DNA of 64,000 bases from assembly GCA_964016885.1 (NCBI GenBank), contig OZ024742.1:143840001-143904000 (forward strand), read 5' to 3'. A program made the position numbers and the translations under genes. The notes beneath the pieces were generated by a model that worked only from the letters and a program-made list of their open reading frames with translations, searched no databases and was not told where the DNA came from. How positions within the stretch are numbered: the first letter of the stretch is position 1; the number at the start of each line of letters is the position of its first letter. This document shows positions 38,307 to 51,711 of the stretch, piece by piece. Source of the stretch: Eledone cirrhosa (lineage: Eukaryota).

Positions 38307-40345
38307 TGCGCGCGTGTGGTGTGTGTGTGTGTGTAGACGATTCGGGTAGAGCACTGAGGGCTACACCAACCACTGAAATAGAAACCACTGATTAATGCCA
38401 AATATTTTCTGCTCCCAATGCTCAGATACTACTATAGCTTGGGATGCAAGTGACCACAGCTCTTTAATGTCTTGCCAAAAATCTGAGATATTTACATAAA
38501 ATAGAGTAGATGTTTTCTGGAATATCTCGACATTCAGTTGTCCAAGATCTTAGACGAACCTTCTTAAAGGCAAGGAATTCAATTTAAGGCAGCGATGTCA
38601 AACTCCCCCACTAATCAATCCTAACCAGAGAAAGACGGCTATAGAAAGTGTAATGGTGTCTTCCAATAACTCCCACGGAAATGCTTTTGCGGTCTTGTCC
38701 GCAGGGCGCAGTCACAATACCGTCACGCCCTAGGCCCAGGCCCATCATCCTCCCATTTCCCCCTCCCATTCTTCTGTGATCTCCAGAGCCCTTGTCCTTC
38801 CCTTCATTTTCCGTTTTTAAATATCTGTAGTGTTGTTATTTGAAATAGATTTTCTCTTTTACTCTTTTACTCTTTTACCTATTCCATCGATCCGGCTGAA
38901 GCCATGCTGGGGCACCGCCCTTGATTTGTTTATGATAAAAAAAAATGTTATTAATAAAGCGTTCACAAAAAACAAAACAACCCAAACATTTGCAGTGTAC
39001 TACCAATGTGTACAGATGTGGTTGAGTAGTTACGAAGTTCGATTCGTAAAGAGCCGGGTTTGATCTCACTACTTGACATCCAAAAGTCAGCTTTATCACA
39101 TACTGCGTTATACTGATTTTGCCTGCGGTTTTACGTGTCTGAAGAATACGCAGCCACACACTAATCCAATGAGTATATAGTTCAGTTGATCGACTAACTG
39201 GGAAAGAACACTAACTGTCGAAACTGACGGAGGATCTCTTTTACAGTTGACATTGATAAATGTTTTAGTTGAGTTAAATTAAGGTACTTTTCTTATCGTT
39301 GTCGATTTTGCTTGCGGTTTGAATAAGTAGATGTGGACAATTATGTGTGTCAATAAACGAGTGTTTCGTAGTGATAAGAATTCTTATCATTGGTAATATG
39401 AAATAAAAGAGGATAGATTGCAGTTTATCTCGAGAGGTTGCTTACTTGATAGGATTGTTTAGTTAGAGCTACATTGTCAGATACTAAAATATGGAAACGG
39501 AGAAGAAACAAAATTTCCAAGTTATCAATTCTTGTCGTGTTCCGCATTGCCTAAATAAGACTGCGAATCTTGTTGATGTCAAAAAGCGGAATTCTAGCTT
39601 TAATAAAGTTTTCTGGTCTCTTGAAATAATCTGTTTCTGACATTTCGAAGAAGGTTGCCAGTCAATAATATATGCAATCAAAATAAGGCTACTCTATTCT
39701 AGCCAACAGTTTTGGTGTATTACTGACTAGAAAGTTGAATGTACGCATATTTGATATGGAAGTCACGTTACCGATTCTGAATTTTAGTGACATTTTACTC
39801 AACTTAAATAGCGCTTTTAAGACATTTGAATTAATTGGTAATATTCATCATCTACTGAAATGTATGTTAGGAATTTGATGTCTAACTTACGTTAGCCAGT
39901 AATTATACAGTATATAGAAGAAATGTGGAAGGATGGTGGTTTATTTTTAGGCAACTGGTTTTTGAATATTCAGAAAGCAAGTTCGTAATCTGCTTTTTGT
40001 CTTCTTTTTTTCTCAGATTTTGCAGTGACTAATATATTCTTAAGTGGTTGTGTACAATCACATTAATCGACAGAACATCTTTCAGGGTTTGATTTCCTTG
40101 TTTTGGTTCAAAGGTACGACAAATTTACCATTGTTTTATTTGTTCTTGTTTTTTTTTAAACTCACAGCAAAATGTTTAGATCATAATTGTAAAATAAATA
40201 GGACCGTCGAAGCTGAAGCATACTCATACATTTCTCCGCTACTGGAACATTTGTGCCAACTCATTGTCGAAATAACAGTCGATCCTCTCCGAAGCCACTG
40301 GTGTTCATGACGCTTCAGGTCATCTAATTAAACTAATGATCGTCG

Positions 40346-40392
<47 letters not shown>

Positions 40393-40540
40393 GTATATAT
40401 ATATATTCACACACACACAACACACACACACACACACATATATGTATATATATATATATTCACACACACAAGACACACACACATACACACACACATATAT
40501 ATATATATATTGGAATTTCGTATTTCTTTAGAAATACGGT

Positions 40541-41104
40541 ATGTTTATAAATAAACATTTAGAAAGCCGTAGCTATGAATAACACACTGGCTGCTAACGC
40601 CACCAGGAGGCGAGAACCAGTTGAGTTCGAAATGCATTGACGATTGCCCCCCTTGCTTCTGCCGGGCACCGCCTGGTGGCGTTTGCTGCCAGTGTGTTAT
40701 TCATAGCTATGACTTTCTAAATGTTTATTTATAAACATTTAGATTTCAGTTGCTAATGTACTATTATGTTGCCTGTGACAGTCACTGTCATAGCCGACAC
40801 GGACTGGAATCGAATTCTGTCGATCGATTGGTTCTGGATTAGGTGAAACCCGCTGATGAAGCCACATGCACCGATTGTGTATTGTTGCATAATAAATGCA
40901 GACAGTGGATGCTATGCACTCTATTGCTGCATTAAGTGTGACCGAAACTCGAGTACGGGTATAGATTGAAGGTACCCATTTACGTGTGTTGTACTGAAGC
41001 AAATAACTGTGTCTACTCTGGGATTCTACATAACATTACCTATTGAGTACGTTGAGATACAACCGGTACTAGCAGAGAAACTCATGCTAGTCGCATCAAC
41101 TTAT

Positions 41105-41105
<1 letters not shown>
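40541..41105 (+). mobile_element. PLE-like terminus, family Y: inverted repeat 40541-40738 followed by a hammerhead-bearing segment
   Basis: Segment ~40780-41105 matches the reverse complement of 58821-59160; the left part resembles 29480-29585. Confidence 0.7.
40848..40960 (+). ncRNA. Type I hammerhead ribozyme motif with a ~70-nt insertion in stem II
   Basis: ACCCG-CUGAUGA-AGCCACA...UGUGACC-GAAA-CUCGAG-UA^CGGGU; predicted cleavage after 40955. Confidence 0.8.
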
Positions 41106-41140
<35 letters not shown>

Positions 41141-41164
41141 CTTGTGTGTGTGTAATTGTATTAC

Positions 41165-41290
41165 TGCTGATGAAGATTGGCACTTTTTTACATAAGGGTT
41201 TCAGTATGATATCTAATAGGTTGCTTAGACGTTGTGTGCTTGAGGCTGGACCAGCAACAATTGGGCGTAATTTTTTAATCTGTCGGTTTT
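41165..41290 (-). pseudogene. PLE reverse transcriptase fragment
   Basis: KLRPIVAGPASSTQRLSNLLDIILKPLCKKV resembles PLE RT motifs 2/2a. Confidence 0.7.
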
Positions 41291-41307
41291 GGTACTTCGA
41301 CATATGT

Positions 41308-41538
41308 CGAAATCTACATAATTGCTCAAAAGAGTTAGCTACAAGTAGATGCCAATAAGTAGGCACAACGTGTATGAGTGATCATCAACCCTGAAACTCA
41401 GACTAGTGAATGGATGAAACTGGGTGTTTCATCCATTCATTAGTCTGAGTTTCAGGGTTGAGGATCACTCATACACATTGTGCCTACTTATTGGCATCCA
41501 CCTGTAACTAAGTCTTTTGAGCAATTAAGCAGATTTCG
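41308..41538. repeat. 231-bp imperfect palindrome
   Basis: Centre GAAAC-TGGGT-GTTTC at 41416-41430; arms reverse-complementary with scattered mismatches. Confidence 0.85.
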
Positions 41539-41836
41539 TATCAAAGACATTCCATAGTGCTGATAACTAAGAAAAAACTTCAATTTTACGATAGAAATTG
41601 TGATATTCTATCAATTCCCCTTCATGCGACTCAATTCAACGACTTGCAGTCGCTCAACATGTTGGAAATAGTAGCCAAATCTCCCTCAAATCACGCTCTA
41701 CTGCCATATAATGTTGGAAATGTAATCGTAGATAAAATAAACAAAACAAAACAAGAAAATAGTATTGTTGCGGATGGAATGTATTTGATGATATGTCTGC
41801 TTTATAATCAACAATGGCAACAACAACCCAGCTGCG

Positions 41837-41880
<44 letters not shown>

Positions 41881-44072
41881 ACACACATACATCCACACAT
41901 ACACATACCCGCATGTATTCACACAATTGCTTGCTAATATTTCTCTAGCAGTTTCTACATTAAAAAAGGGAATGTTTCGTGCACAGCCATCCACTTGAAT
42001 AGACGATAGCAGTCCATTTGAGGGCGATAACCATTATAACACATTGTTAAATATGGACTTCATTGCAAAAAGATTTTAATGGTTAAATTTAACTAAGCGT
42101 GAGCAAAATAAATTACACACACCATAAACTGCTTTTTAAATCAAAACAAATGAGAAATTAAGAAAATGAAAAACAAGTAGACATTTTGTCATATATCAGC
42201 TTCCGTGTGCTCAAGTCAGAGGATTCGTAGATTCTTATGTTGTTATATTTATTTCTTCATTAAAATATTAACTTCTACAGTGAATCCATTGAATGTCACC
42301 AGTTTTTGTTTTGCAGCATTTTTTTTATTCTTTTCCTTTTGTTTGCTGTTTTGTTTGTTGCTATTGTTTTTGTTATTCTAGTTATTGTTCATATTTTGCC
42401 CTTCACTGTGTGAAAGGAAAGATATGGTAATTTTTGTGGAATAAATGGTTGCATTTCTGCAAGATAAAATGGTTGTATATGTTAACTACAGCGTTCTTTT
42501 AATCAAGAAATTTTCAATAATTATTGTTATCGATTATTCTCTTTCAATGTTTATGTTCAATATTTTCTGATATTTTTCTCTTTTATTTTTCATTCTAGAT
42601 TTTTATAGTTGTTATTGTTTTTTTTTTGTTTTTTTTTTGTTTTATAACAAACAGCAATGATTTATGTTTGTGTCGAAGATTCTACAAACAGTTGACTTTC
42701 TTCTCCTTTTACCTCCATTTCTGACCCACTTCTCCCTCCACCCACACCCCCACACCATCTTTCTATAAAAAATCAGAATGTTTTGTAGGCAACTTTTGCC
42801 AACTTCTGAAATCAACAAAATCTTTTAAAAGTTCTCTCTTCCTCTCATATAACCCTTCTCCTTACACACACACAACGTGCATACATGTATAAATTCACAC
42901 GCTACACATTATCACAAGAAGACTTTGACCCACAGTAAAGAAATTATGCTTGATGCTGATCAATCATAGTTTGCATTCATTCCTCCACCGCCCTTCTCCC
43001 CCTCCCTTCTTTCGGTGTTGGAATAAGCAATAAAAGAAATTCAGATGTTTCAATGTTTGTTATCGATTCCTTGATATTTCATGCGGAATCGAGATCTCTG
43101 TTTTCTAAATGACTTCAGTTCGACATATCGATTTATTTACAATTTTCTGATTTTATTCCAAAACACTTCCCCACAGAAATAAACTATCTGATACTGGATG
43201 CTGACAGCTGTTTCTAATGAAAAAGAAAGAAGACCAAAAAAAAAAAAAGAAAAGAAAAGACAAAAAAAAAACAAAAAAAACGATCAACAACTGCAACAAC
43301 TCCAACAACCATAACACACTTATGATGAGGATGAGAAAAACAATGACAACTACTACTAATAATAGTTCAAATATTAAATACTAAAGCTATTTATTGTAGA
43401 ACAGCGATGAAATGGCCTTGTTCTGAATGCGTGTGAGGTTAACTGTTTATATTTGCAATGGAGTTTCAACAAACACTCCTGGGTTCTGAGGTGATCATTA
43501 ATATCTTATTTCCAGTCAGAACCCAACCAGATAATTGTGAATATTTGACTTCCTATGTGTCTTTTCCAACAACTACTAAAGTAGACAGCATTACTGTTGT
43601 TACCTAGTTGAAACTATGCTGCGCGCATTTTTGATATTTAATTTAATCTCGAATCACTTGACTATCATCCATCTGTAAATAGCTTGTTATATTTATCTCT
43701 TTTTCTTTCCTTATATCACTTTATGGACGCAGCATGACAGAATAACTTCACAATTTATAAGAAACTCAATTCGATCCTACTAAATGGTATCCTGGATAAG
43801 TGCCTTTAACTATAGCTTCCGTCCGACCCATGTCTTGTGACTGAAACAGGAGAGACAGAAATTGTGGCGAATCCCGTCGGATAGATTATATTTGCAATTT
43901 AAAGGGGCAGCCATTTCACGTACCACGTTACGCTAATTCTGCTTGAAGATTACATTAAGGGTACATATGTCTGTGGAATACTCAGTCCACTTGCACGCTG
44001 ATTCAATGAGCAGGTAGTTAAGTTGATCGTGTAGCTGAAGACTCATTCTCGAATTTGACAGAGATCCCCTCC

Positions 44073-44138
<66 letters not shown>

Positions 44139-44434
44139 ACTACCCAATCTCAAATCCTTCCTCCGCCAGCTCCAGTCCACCCTCAAACGCTTCCTTCAGT
44201 CCTTTCCTCCTATTTGCATCCAATCTTCTTTGCATCTCTCGAAACTCCTTTTCACCAAAACCCGCTACGACAGTCACGTCACTTTCCTCAGCAGATGCCA
44301 TACACAGAACGCTAGCATCAACAGTTTTCCAAGAGAACATGAATAGACCTCTTAATTTCTCTCTAAAAATTGTTTTCCTTTTCCGATACTACTCTTCTCC
44401 TCAAACTTTCTATTTCTTCTTTAATTTCTCATTC

Positions 44435-44560
44435 TATCTTTTGACGAAAGACTAGCATGCGAAACGTTATGACTCTTTTCCTTCTACCAAGCGTAAAACT
44501 AATAATATATTTCTTCATTGAACTGTATCGTTTGCTTTGTTATTTCTGTTTGCCTTTTGC
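44435..44560 (+). mobile_element. Family X terminus with a decayed hammerhead
   Basis: TTGACGAAAGACTAGCATGCGAAACGTTATGAC. Confidence 0.6.
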
Positions 44561-44660
44561 ATATATATATATATATATATATATATGGGGAGGGGGGGGA
44601 GTCAGGACCCCGACGGCTGAGCTCCGGCCGTTTCGACAGCTATATATATATATATATATA

Positions 44661-44757
44661 TAATTGTTTCTACTTTAGGCACAAAGTCAGCAATTACCCA
44701 GTACATTACTGGTACTTCATTTTATCGACCCCGTAAGGATGAAAGGCAAAGTTAACT
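44661..44757 (-). mobile_element. SINE 3' fragment
   Basis: Family tail and core match. Confidence 0.8.
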
Positions 44758-47391
44758 ATACTAACTCTTTCGAAAGCAGTATCTATAATTACGTTAAAGT
44801 ATTTTATTTAACCCCTCTATCAATTCCAGGAAATACAACCCTCTCATAAAGCTCTCATAAACCATGTATTTCGCACCTACTTGAAGATAGGTACTCATAT
44901 ATTCTGCCATTTCCCTTAAGCAATGGTACAGGATAAAACAAGCCAAAACAACACTTCACAAGAGATTCTTATTTTCATAACCTCTTCAAGAAACATATGT
45001 ATGTATCCACTTTAAAGAAGATTACTTTTAACATTTTTATTCCATTTATCTCGCACATCTCACTATCATAATCTATTAACCCATTTACTGTCCATATAAA
45101 ACCTAAATGTATTCTCCTCTAGCTGAGCTAATATATACATATGTTGCTAATATATTAATCGTGATGGTCATCGTTTTAAGTAGTGATCAACAGTGAGGTA
45201 CTTTCTTTTAATTTACACTAATTCTGGAATTTTGCTTTTGTTATGGTAAAACAAGTAAACGGCAACCCCTAAAAAAAAATCTACGAGCTAAATCTGCCTC
45301 AATTCATACTCCACAGTTTTTAAAAAAGTAAAATGCATTTATTAGATTATGTAGTTCTAAATACCTGATGTCGTTCTTAGAATATAAAGAAACATTACTA
45401 AATATTACGATGTGTTTAGTCTGGCACTCCGCTATATTAGCGAGACCAGAGCAAATTCCACCTTTTATTCTTATTCTGATATATAAATTTATAGATCTTC
45501 ATAACATTGATTCATTATGTTAACGATTTTAATTATGTCTTCGATTTCGTTTCATAGTTGAGCGTGTCTAGAACGTAAGAATCGGTCAATCAGAATGATA
45601 TTATAGCTTATTGTTTCAGTTGAACTGGAGCGGCGAATTGGCAGTCATTAGGCCGTCGGATTAAAAATGCCTTGGTATTTGTTCTCGGCTCCCTGCATTC
45701 AGATTTCAAATCCCGCTGGAGCCAACTTTACCCTTCATCCTTTCGAGATCGGTAAATAAGGTACCGTTTCAATACTGGGGTCGATTCTTCTTTGGAATAA
45801 ATCGGATGTGTTCCAGCCTGGAGTCAGATGGGCTCCACCAAATTTAAGACTCGCCGTATGTCAGGATGGCTTTTCTACGACTCTACTTTTCTACGGGAGT
45901 TAAATGACTTTTATCTTATCTTTAGCTGTATTGACAGAACCATTAGAAATTTTACTGCGGTATCTCTTTCGGCTCAAATCCCACCGAAATCAACTTTACC
46001 TTACATCCTTCCACAGTTGATAACATAGAATAGTAATGAAGTACTTAGATCGATTTAATCGATTAATTCTTCTCTTTAATTTGTAGCCTTGTGTTTATAT
46101 TAGAAAACACTAATTGCTGGTGTAGACCATTATTAAAATAGATCCATCTATAAGAGAACTTTCCAAAGCACCAACAATTGATTACTAAGGTAGGGGGTGG
46201 CAGGCAAACTGTGTCAAGACATTTCCTTGATTTGAAAAAAAAAAAAACCTTTAAAAAAGTAATAATTGTTTCTCCATTTGGCACATCACATGGCCAACAA
46301 TCTGAAAGGAAGGGGAATGTCGATTATATCGACCCAGTACGTTACTTTATTTTAACGATCCCGTAAGGCCGAAGAGCTAAGTTAACCTCAGCGGGCTTTT
46401 AAAAAAGTAATATTAGAATAATGTATGAACGAAAACTTCCACAATTTCCCCCACAACCACATTATAAAAACAACAACAACAAAATCAAACACAACACATA
46501 AATAAAAGGGAGCGTTGAAGATAAAAAAAAAAAGCCATTATATTACCAACGGGATTCCTGCAGTGCTAACAATTTTAGTTAGTTTGATGTCTCATTGTAA
46601 TTAGTATTGTATCAGGGACAGTGATTCCTACATATGTCAAATTCTCTTATCAATTTCAAATGCTATCTTCGTAGTCGTTGAAAAATTATGAATAAAAAGA
46701 ATAAGAAATCTCGTTTTATAAAGCTTCAAATTGATAGCTAAGTAATTTATAGTCATTTCCAATGCTGCCTTCTTTTACTGTGCGTTTAACCAATCTATAG
46801 TAATTAGAAATATATCTTTTAGCATGACAGCCAGACAGAATTGCGTTGGTTGGTAGCTGGCTTCTAATTATGCAAACATTATACGCCCTTCGATAAACCT
46901 ATTCTTTCTCTTTACCTCGCGTGCAATAGTATTAATTTTTTCTCTACTATTGTCGAATGACATCACACTCCACGTGCTTCTGGCGGTATCCCTGTTATTA
47001 AAAGCTCGGTTTGCTTTTTGGAGAGGGCAATGTTTATACATTATGCACAGACCCATGGAGTGCTTTCGTGCCTACATTTGTGTCTGTTGTATAGAGGAGC
47101 AGAAGTGTGTTAGTGAGTGTCTGTCTAGTGTGTACTTGCGTGTTATTTCATGAATACAAGCACGCTGCTTTTCTTCGATAACATTTGCTGAGATTTGTGT
47201 GCATGCGTGTGTGTTTGTGTGTGTGCGTGTGTGTGTGTGTTTGTGTGCATGTGTGTGTGTGTGCGTGTGTGCGTTTGAATGTAAATGTATCCTAATATGC
47301 CAGCATGTTAGAATCAAAAGCCTGCTTAGACAACATATTTTGAATATTTATTTGTTAAGTCTTATGTTTATGTTTGCATCTAATTTATATG

Positions 47392-47474
<83 letters not shown>

Positions 47475-47599
47475 AGAATAGAAAGGCACAAATATCATAT
47501 ATGAAGCTCGAACTTTCGAATTAGGAAGCGCTGAGGGGTTAAATTTATAGACAATGTAGGATGTCTAGGTGCAGAAAATAACTATAATTACAGTCAGTT

Positions 47600-47655
<56 letters not shown>

Positions 47656-47762
47656 ATAATAATAAATTTGAAGACTAAAATCCAAAGAGGGCTCGATAAG
47701 GATAAATATATATCAAATATATAAGAGCCGTAGAGCAAATATTTATTAAAATAACAGATTAA

Positions 47763-47813
47763 AGTTTAAGCAAAGAATCGCTGCTTTCACCCTTAACGGG
47801 TTCTTCTGAAACT
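47763..47813 (-). ncRNA. Type I hammerhead motif in the PLE pseudo-LTR (core reads CAGAAGA here)
   Basis: AGUUU-CAGAAGA-ACCC(GUUAA)GGGU-GAAA-GCA...UGC-UU^AAACU; homologue at 51110-51160. Confidence 0.65.
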
Positions 47814-48833
47814 AAAAAAATCAATCTGTGAACGCAGAAGTAAATATTTCGAAAAACGTTGCCACCGAAGGAAGACAGGAAGACGATACTTTAGTTCGTG
47901 GAAACGTTCCCTGGCAGAGAACGGAAAAAAACGAAGATAATACGTCATTATTTGGAGCGTTGAAAACAATTACACGCAAAGACAAAACCACGTTTATGGT
48001 ATAAATGAAGTCGTAGACTAATATTCTATTAAGTGGTTCGTGGAGGCATTGAACGGAAAAAATGAAGATAATACGTCATTATGTGGAGCGGTGAGAACAA
48101 TTACACGCGAAGACAAAACCACGTTAATGGTATAACTGAAGACGTAGACTAAAATTCTATTTACGAAACCGAATGATTCTCGGCTTCAGAGTTAAGAATA
48201 ATGTAAATAAATTACAGAGGTTATTGAAATCAACAATAATTAAATATATACATGCACATACGTACATACACATGCATACGCGAAAACACCCGCCATATGT
48301 ATGCAAATACAGGCACGTACACAAAACCACGCGCACACATACAAAAACCCACGCAACGCCTGTACCCGCATACATACAACGTATACCCCAAATACACATA
48401 AAACATGTATAAAAAAATATACATACATGTGTGTGTGTGTATAATTATATAAACGTATATAAATATATGCACATAAATACGTATATAATGCGCGCGCGCA
48501 CACACCTACATGTAAATACACATATGTTCGCTAAACGTACGTCAACCAAAACACAAAGTACACATATACACACACCCTACATTCGTGCAAACACGCATAC
48601 ACACACAAACATAAAACTCACGTATACACATAACCATATACACATGTACCAGTATATATAATATAATATATACGCCTATAACAAATACAAGCAAATATAC
48701 GTACGAGAAAGTATACGTACCTTCACAAAACATACAGGTATTATATATTTACCTATACAAATAAGTAATGGTATAAACATAAAATATACTTAGCTACCAC
48801 ATCAAGACGTAAATTATCCGCATATAGTTCGTA

Positions 48834-50958
48834 CTATCCGTTAGGGTATAAAGTGGGGCTATAATACAGGAAAGTTTTGTGCAATTTATGTTTACAAGCC
48901 GAAACTGTCTCAGATTTTTTGTTTAAGATGTGGTCATTGGCGTAGAGTATTTCCAGGGCTTCAGCGGCGCAGAGGTCACATGGTCTTTTATTTCCGTTAT
49001 ACGATCTAGTCTTAGCTAGGATCTCCCAGTGTAACCTATATTGGGTGTGGTTGTCTTTTAGACTCCAGATATAAGCTGAAAGTGACGTCATATTCTTTCT
49101 TAAAAGGTTAAGAAAAGAATGGGTATGCATGTAAAGACGCTGCTTGAATCTATTGGCGGTTAACCCTATGTAGGCCCTACGGGATGTGGGTGTCTCAACC
49201 TTACATTTGTAGACAATGTTACTAGAGAGGCATTTCCCGGATAGGGGGCAGTCAACCCGATTCCTACAATTACAGTTAGTACTAGCTACAGGGTTGCACG
49301 TGTTCCTACGACTAGGTAATTTAGCTAAATTTGAAGCAATGATGTTATGTGCAAAGTTAGGAGTCGTAGAGTAAGGAATTTTAATGGTATTTCTATTAAA
49401 AATTCTATTATATTTATATGCTGGGGGGGAAATGCTTCATAATAAGGGAGAGAAAGATCTTAGCTAATGGTGTGGCCACCTCCATATTATATGGTGGGTT
49501 ATACCATATAATGCGTCGGGATCTATATTTCCTAGGTCTATGCTCATACTCGGTATATGCTACCTTATCGACAAATCCACTCCGAGCAAGAGCTTCATTG
49601 TAATATGTGGAATGGTCGGTGAAAATATGCTCGTTTGTAGATAGACGGGAAAGCCTCAAAGAAACGTTTCTTACAGGTTCTTGGTTATGCTGGCAGGATG
49701 GTTAGAATGCTTGCTTATGTAACTAAGCGTATCATTCGGCTTTCTATACGGGTAGTGCAAGCCATTCGACAAATTGAGGGTAACGTCGAGGTAATTAACG
49801 ACCGAGAGGTTGACCTCAACCTGTATGGAGAGGTTGAAGCTTTTAAAGAAGGCTGTGAGTTCTTTTCTGAACCTGTCGCAAGCGCGTGGGCCGCACTTTG
49901 TCATAGTCAAAAGACCGTCATCACGGTACAAGCCACCACTACGTTGGGGAATTCTTCCTTGATAGAGAAAAGAAGGAAAAGGCCGATAAGATCGGTAACC
50001 TCTGCAGAATCGCTGGGGCCCATACTCACATCGGATAGGGTACTATTAGATTTTTTAATCCAAATAGAGTCGTCGAAATTAATCACCGACTTACGGGCAT
50101 TAAGGATGACATCAACTTCAAAATCCTTAACCACCGTGAGCGTTTTAGCGAGATTGATAGCTCTTAGAAGGGGTGGTAAAGTGATAGAGGAGTGATATTT
50201 GATGTCGAATTCGATAAAACGGCAATGTTCCTTGTTGCATATGCCGTTGAACCAATCAATCACTGCGAAAGAGTTGTTCCACAGTGCAAAAGGGGCCAAG
50301 CTTCTAATTTCAGGTATAATTCTATCTAAAATCTTTTTACTAAGTTTACCTAAATCGGACTTCGTAGGGTTAATAAGCCGAATAGAGGGGTTGTTCGGGA
50401 AATTGGATTTGTGATCCTTCAGAGTAAAGTGGGGAGAAATAGGGTCCAGAGGTTCAGTCCGGTCCATGATGTTGAGATCAGAGGTGATTTTAAACCCAGC
50501 ATCGTTGATGTCATTAATGACGCTCCGATTAGTTTTACGGTAATCCTTAGTTACAGCATTATGTAGCAGATGTTGGTAAGTATGAGCTTCACTGGATATA
50601 GATTGTCAGTTTTGTCGGAATGGACGTGCACGGCATTAGAATCCTTAATAGAACGAATTCTATTCTTCAGGTCCTGCTGGAAGGAATTGCTCCTATTCCG
50701 AAATTTGATACTCTCTATGAGTTCCAAGACATCATTTTCGAAGGGTAGCAATGCTGGGTTACTCGGAGAGTTATTGTAGGTTTTAAACCCAAATTTATCC
50801 TGTTTGTTGTCCGCTTTTCTCTGATTATCAAAATAAAAGGCACGCCAACGCAACCTTTTAATGAACGCGTCTGTTTTCTATATCAGGAGTTTTAGGTATT
50901 TCTTCCTGCTTGGTACGGGTATGTTCTTTGTAGAAATATTCAGATGTTGTTTCTGCAT
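48834..50958 (-). pseudogene. PLE polyprotein (RT + GIY-YIG endonuclease), with frameshifts and stops
   Basis: STKNIPVPS, RLRWRAFYF, SDKTDNLY, FTLKDHK...RLINPTKSDLG, MGPSDSAEV, YRDDGL, VNYLDVTL, WYNPPY, CPLSGKC...IVYKC...YIGLT...FKQR, CDLC..E...LNKKSE. Confidence 0.9.
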
Positions 50959-51502
50959 GATGAATATAAGTCAATAGAGTGCTCAACCGAGGGAGTCAAA
51001 TAGTAATAATAATAAATTTGAAGACTAAAATCCAAAGAGGATTATAGGATAAATATATATCAAATATATAAGAACCATAGAGCAAATATTTATTAAAATA
51101 AAAGATTAAAGTTTAAGCAAAGAATCGCTGCTTTCATCCTTAACGGGATCTTCTTTAACCAAAAATATCAATATGTGAACGCAGAAGTAAATATTTCGAA
51201 AAACGTTGCCACTGAAGGAAGACAGGAAGACGATACTTTGGTTCGTGGAAACGTTCACTGGCAAAGAACGGAAAAAAAAAAAAAAATATATATATAGCAA
51301 AGTTGCAGCCATAAAAAAAAAACAAATATGTCGGACGAATGAACAAAAGCACTTAACTTCCTCCTCAGCCACCTCTTGGGCAATGCAATTTTGTGCATAA
51401 AGGTTTTTGCATTATTCATTTGATTATTTGTTGGGTTTTTTTTCGCTGTTTTTTTACGGTTTTCTCTTTTCTTCCCTTTTGCTTTCCTTCCCTCCCTCCT
51501 CC

Positions 51503-51607
51503 GTTTTCCCCATAACTTATCCAGTTATTGACGCCCTGGGGTGAGATATCTTGTCTTTAAAGCGTAGAAATATCCGAGACCCCCAGTAGACAACTGATGA
51601 GGAAAAC
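51503..51607 (+). ncRNA. Permuted, kink-turn-containing hammerhead-like RNA motif (family W1, best copy)
   Basis: GUUUUCC-hairpin-GACGC-CUGGGG-UGA-GAUAUC-UUGUCU...GCGUA-GAAA-UAUC-CGAGAC-CCCCAG-U-AGACAA-CUGAUGA-GGAAAAC. Confidence 0.7.
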
Positions 51608-51659
51608 TCACCCCCACCCCCACCCCGTTCTTGCTTTCTTCGTATTCCCACTTTATTTT

Positions 51660-51711
<52 letters not shown>

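Larger units (their letters stand above)
47652..51277 (-). mobile_element. Near-full-length Penelope-like retroelement with direct pseudo-LTRs (47652-47931, 51002-51277)
   Basis: ~280-bp direct repeats flank an RT + GIY-YIG pseudo-ORF; 3' end abuts (TA)n; decayed HHR in each pLTR. Confidence 0.92.

Noticed and set aside
40161-40325. Possible minus-strand host exon (AG...GTGAG)
   Set aside because: Stops in all frames before the donor, no recognisable homology, no partner exons
41940-43700. Repeat-poor stretch that might be a promoter or UTR
   Set aside because: No diagnostic motif or ORF; needs transcript or conservation data
51541-51613. Reading as a type III hammerhead lacking stem II (CUGAUGA-G-GAAA with GGGGUGAG/CUCACCCC)
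   Set aside because: The pairing is not kept at 19.2 kb or in family W2, whereas the permuted pairing is kept in both families
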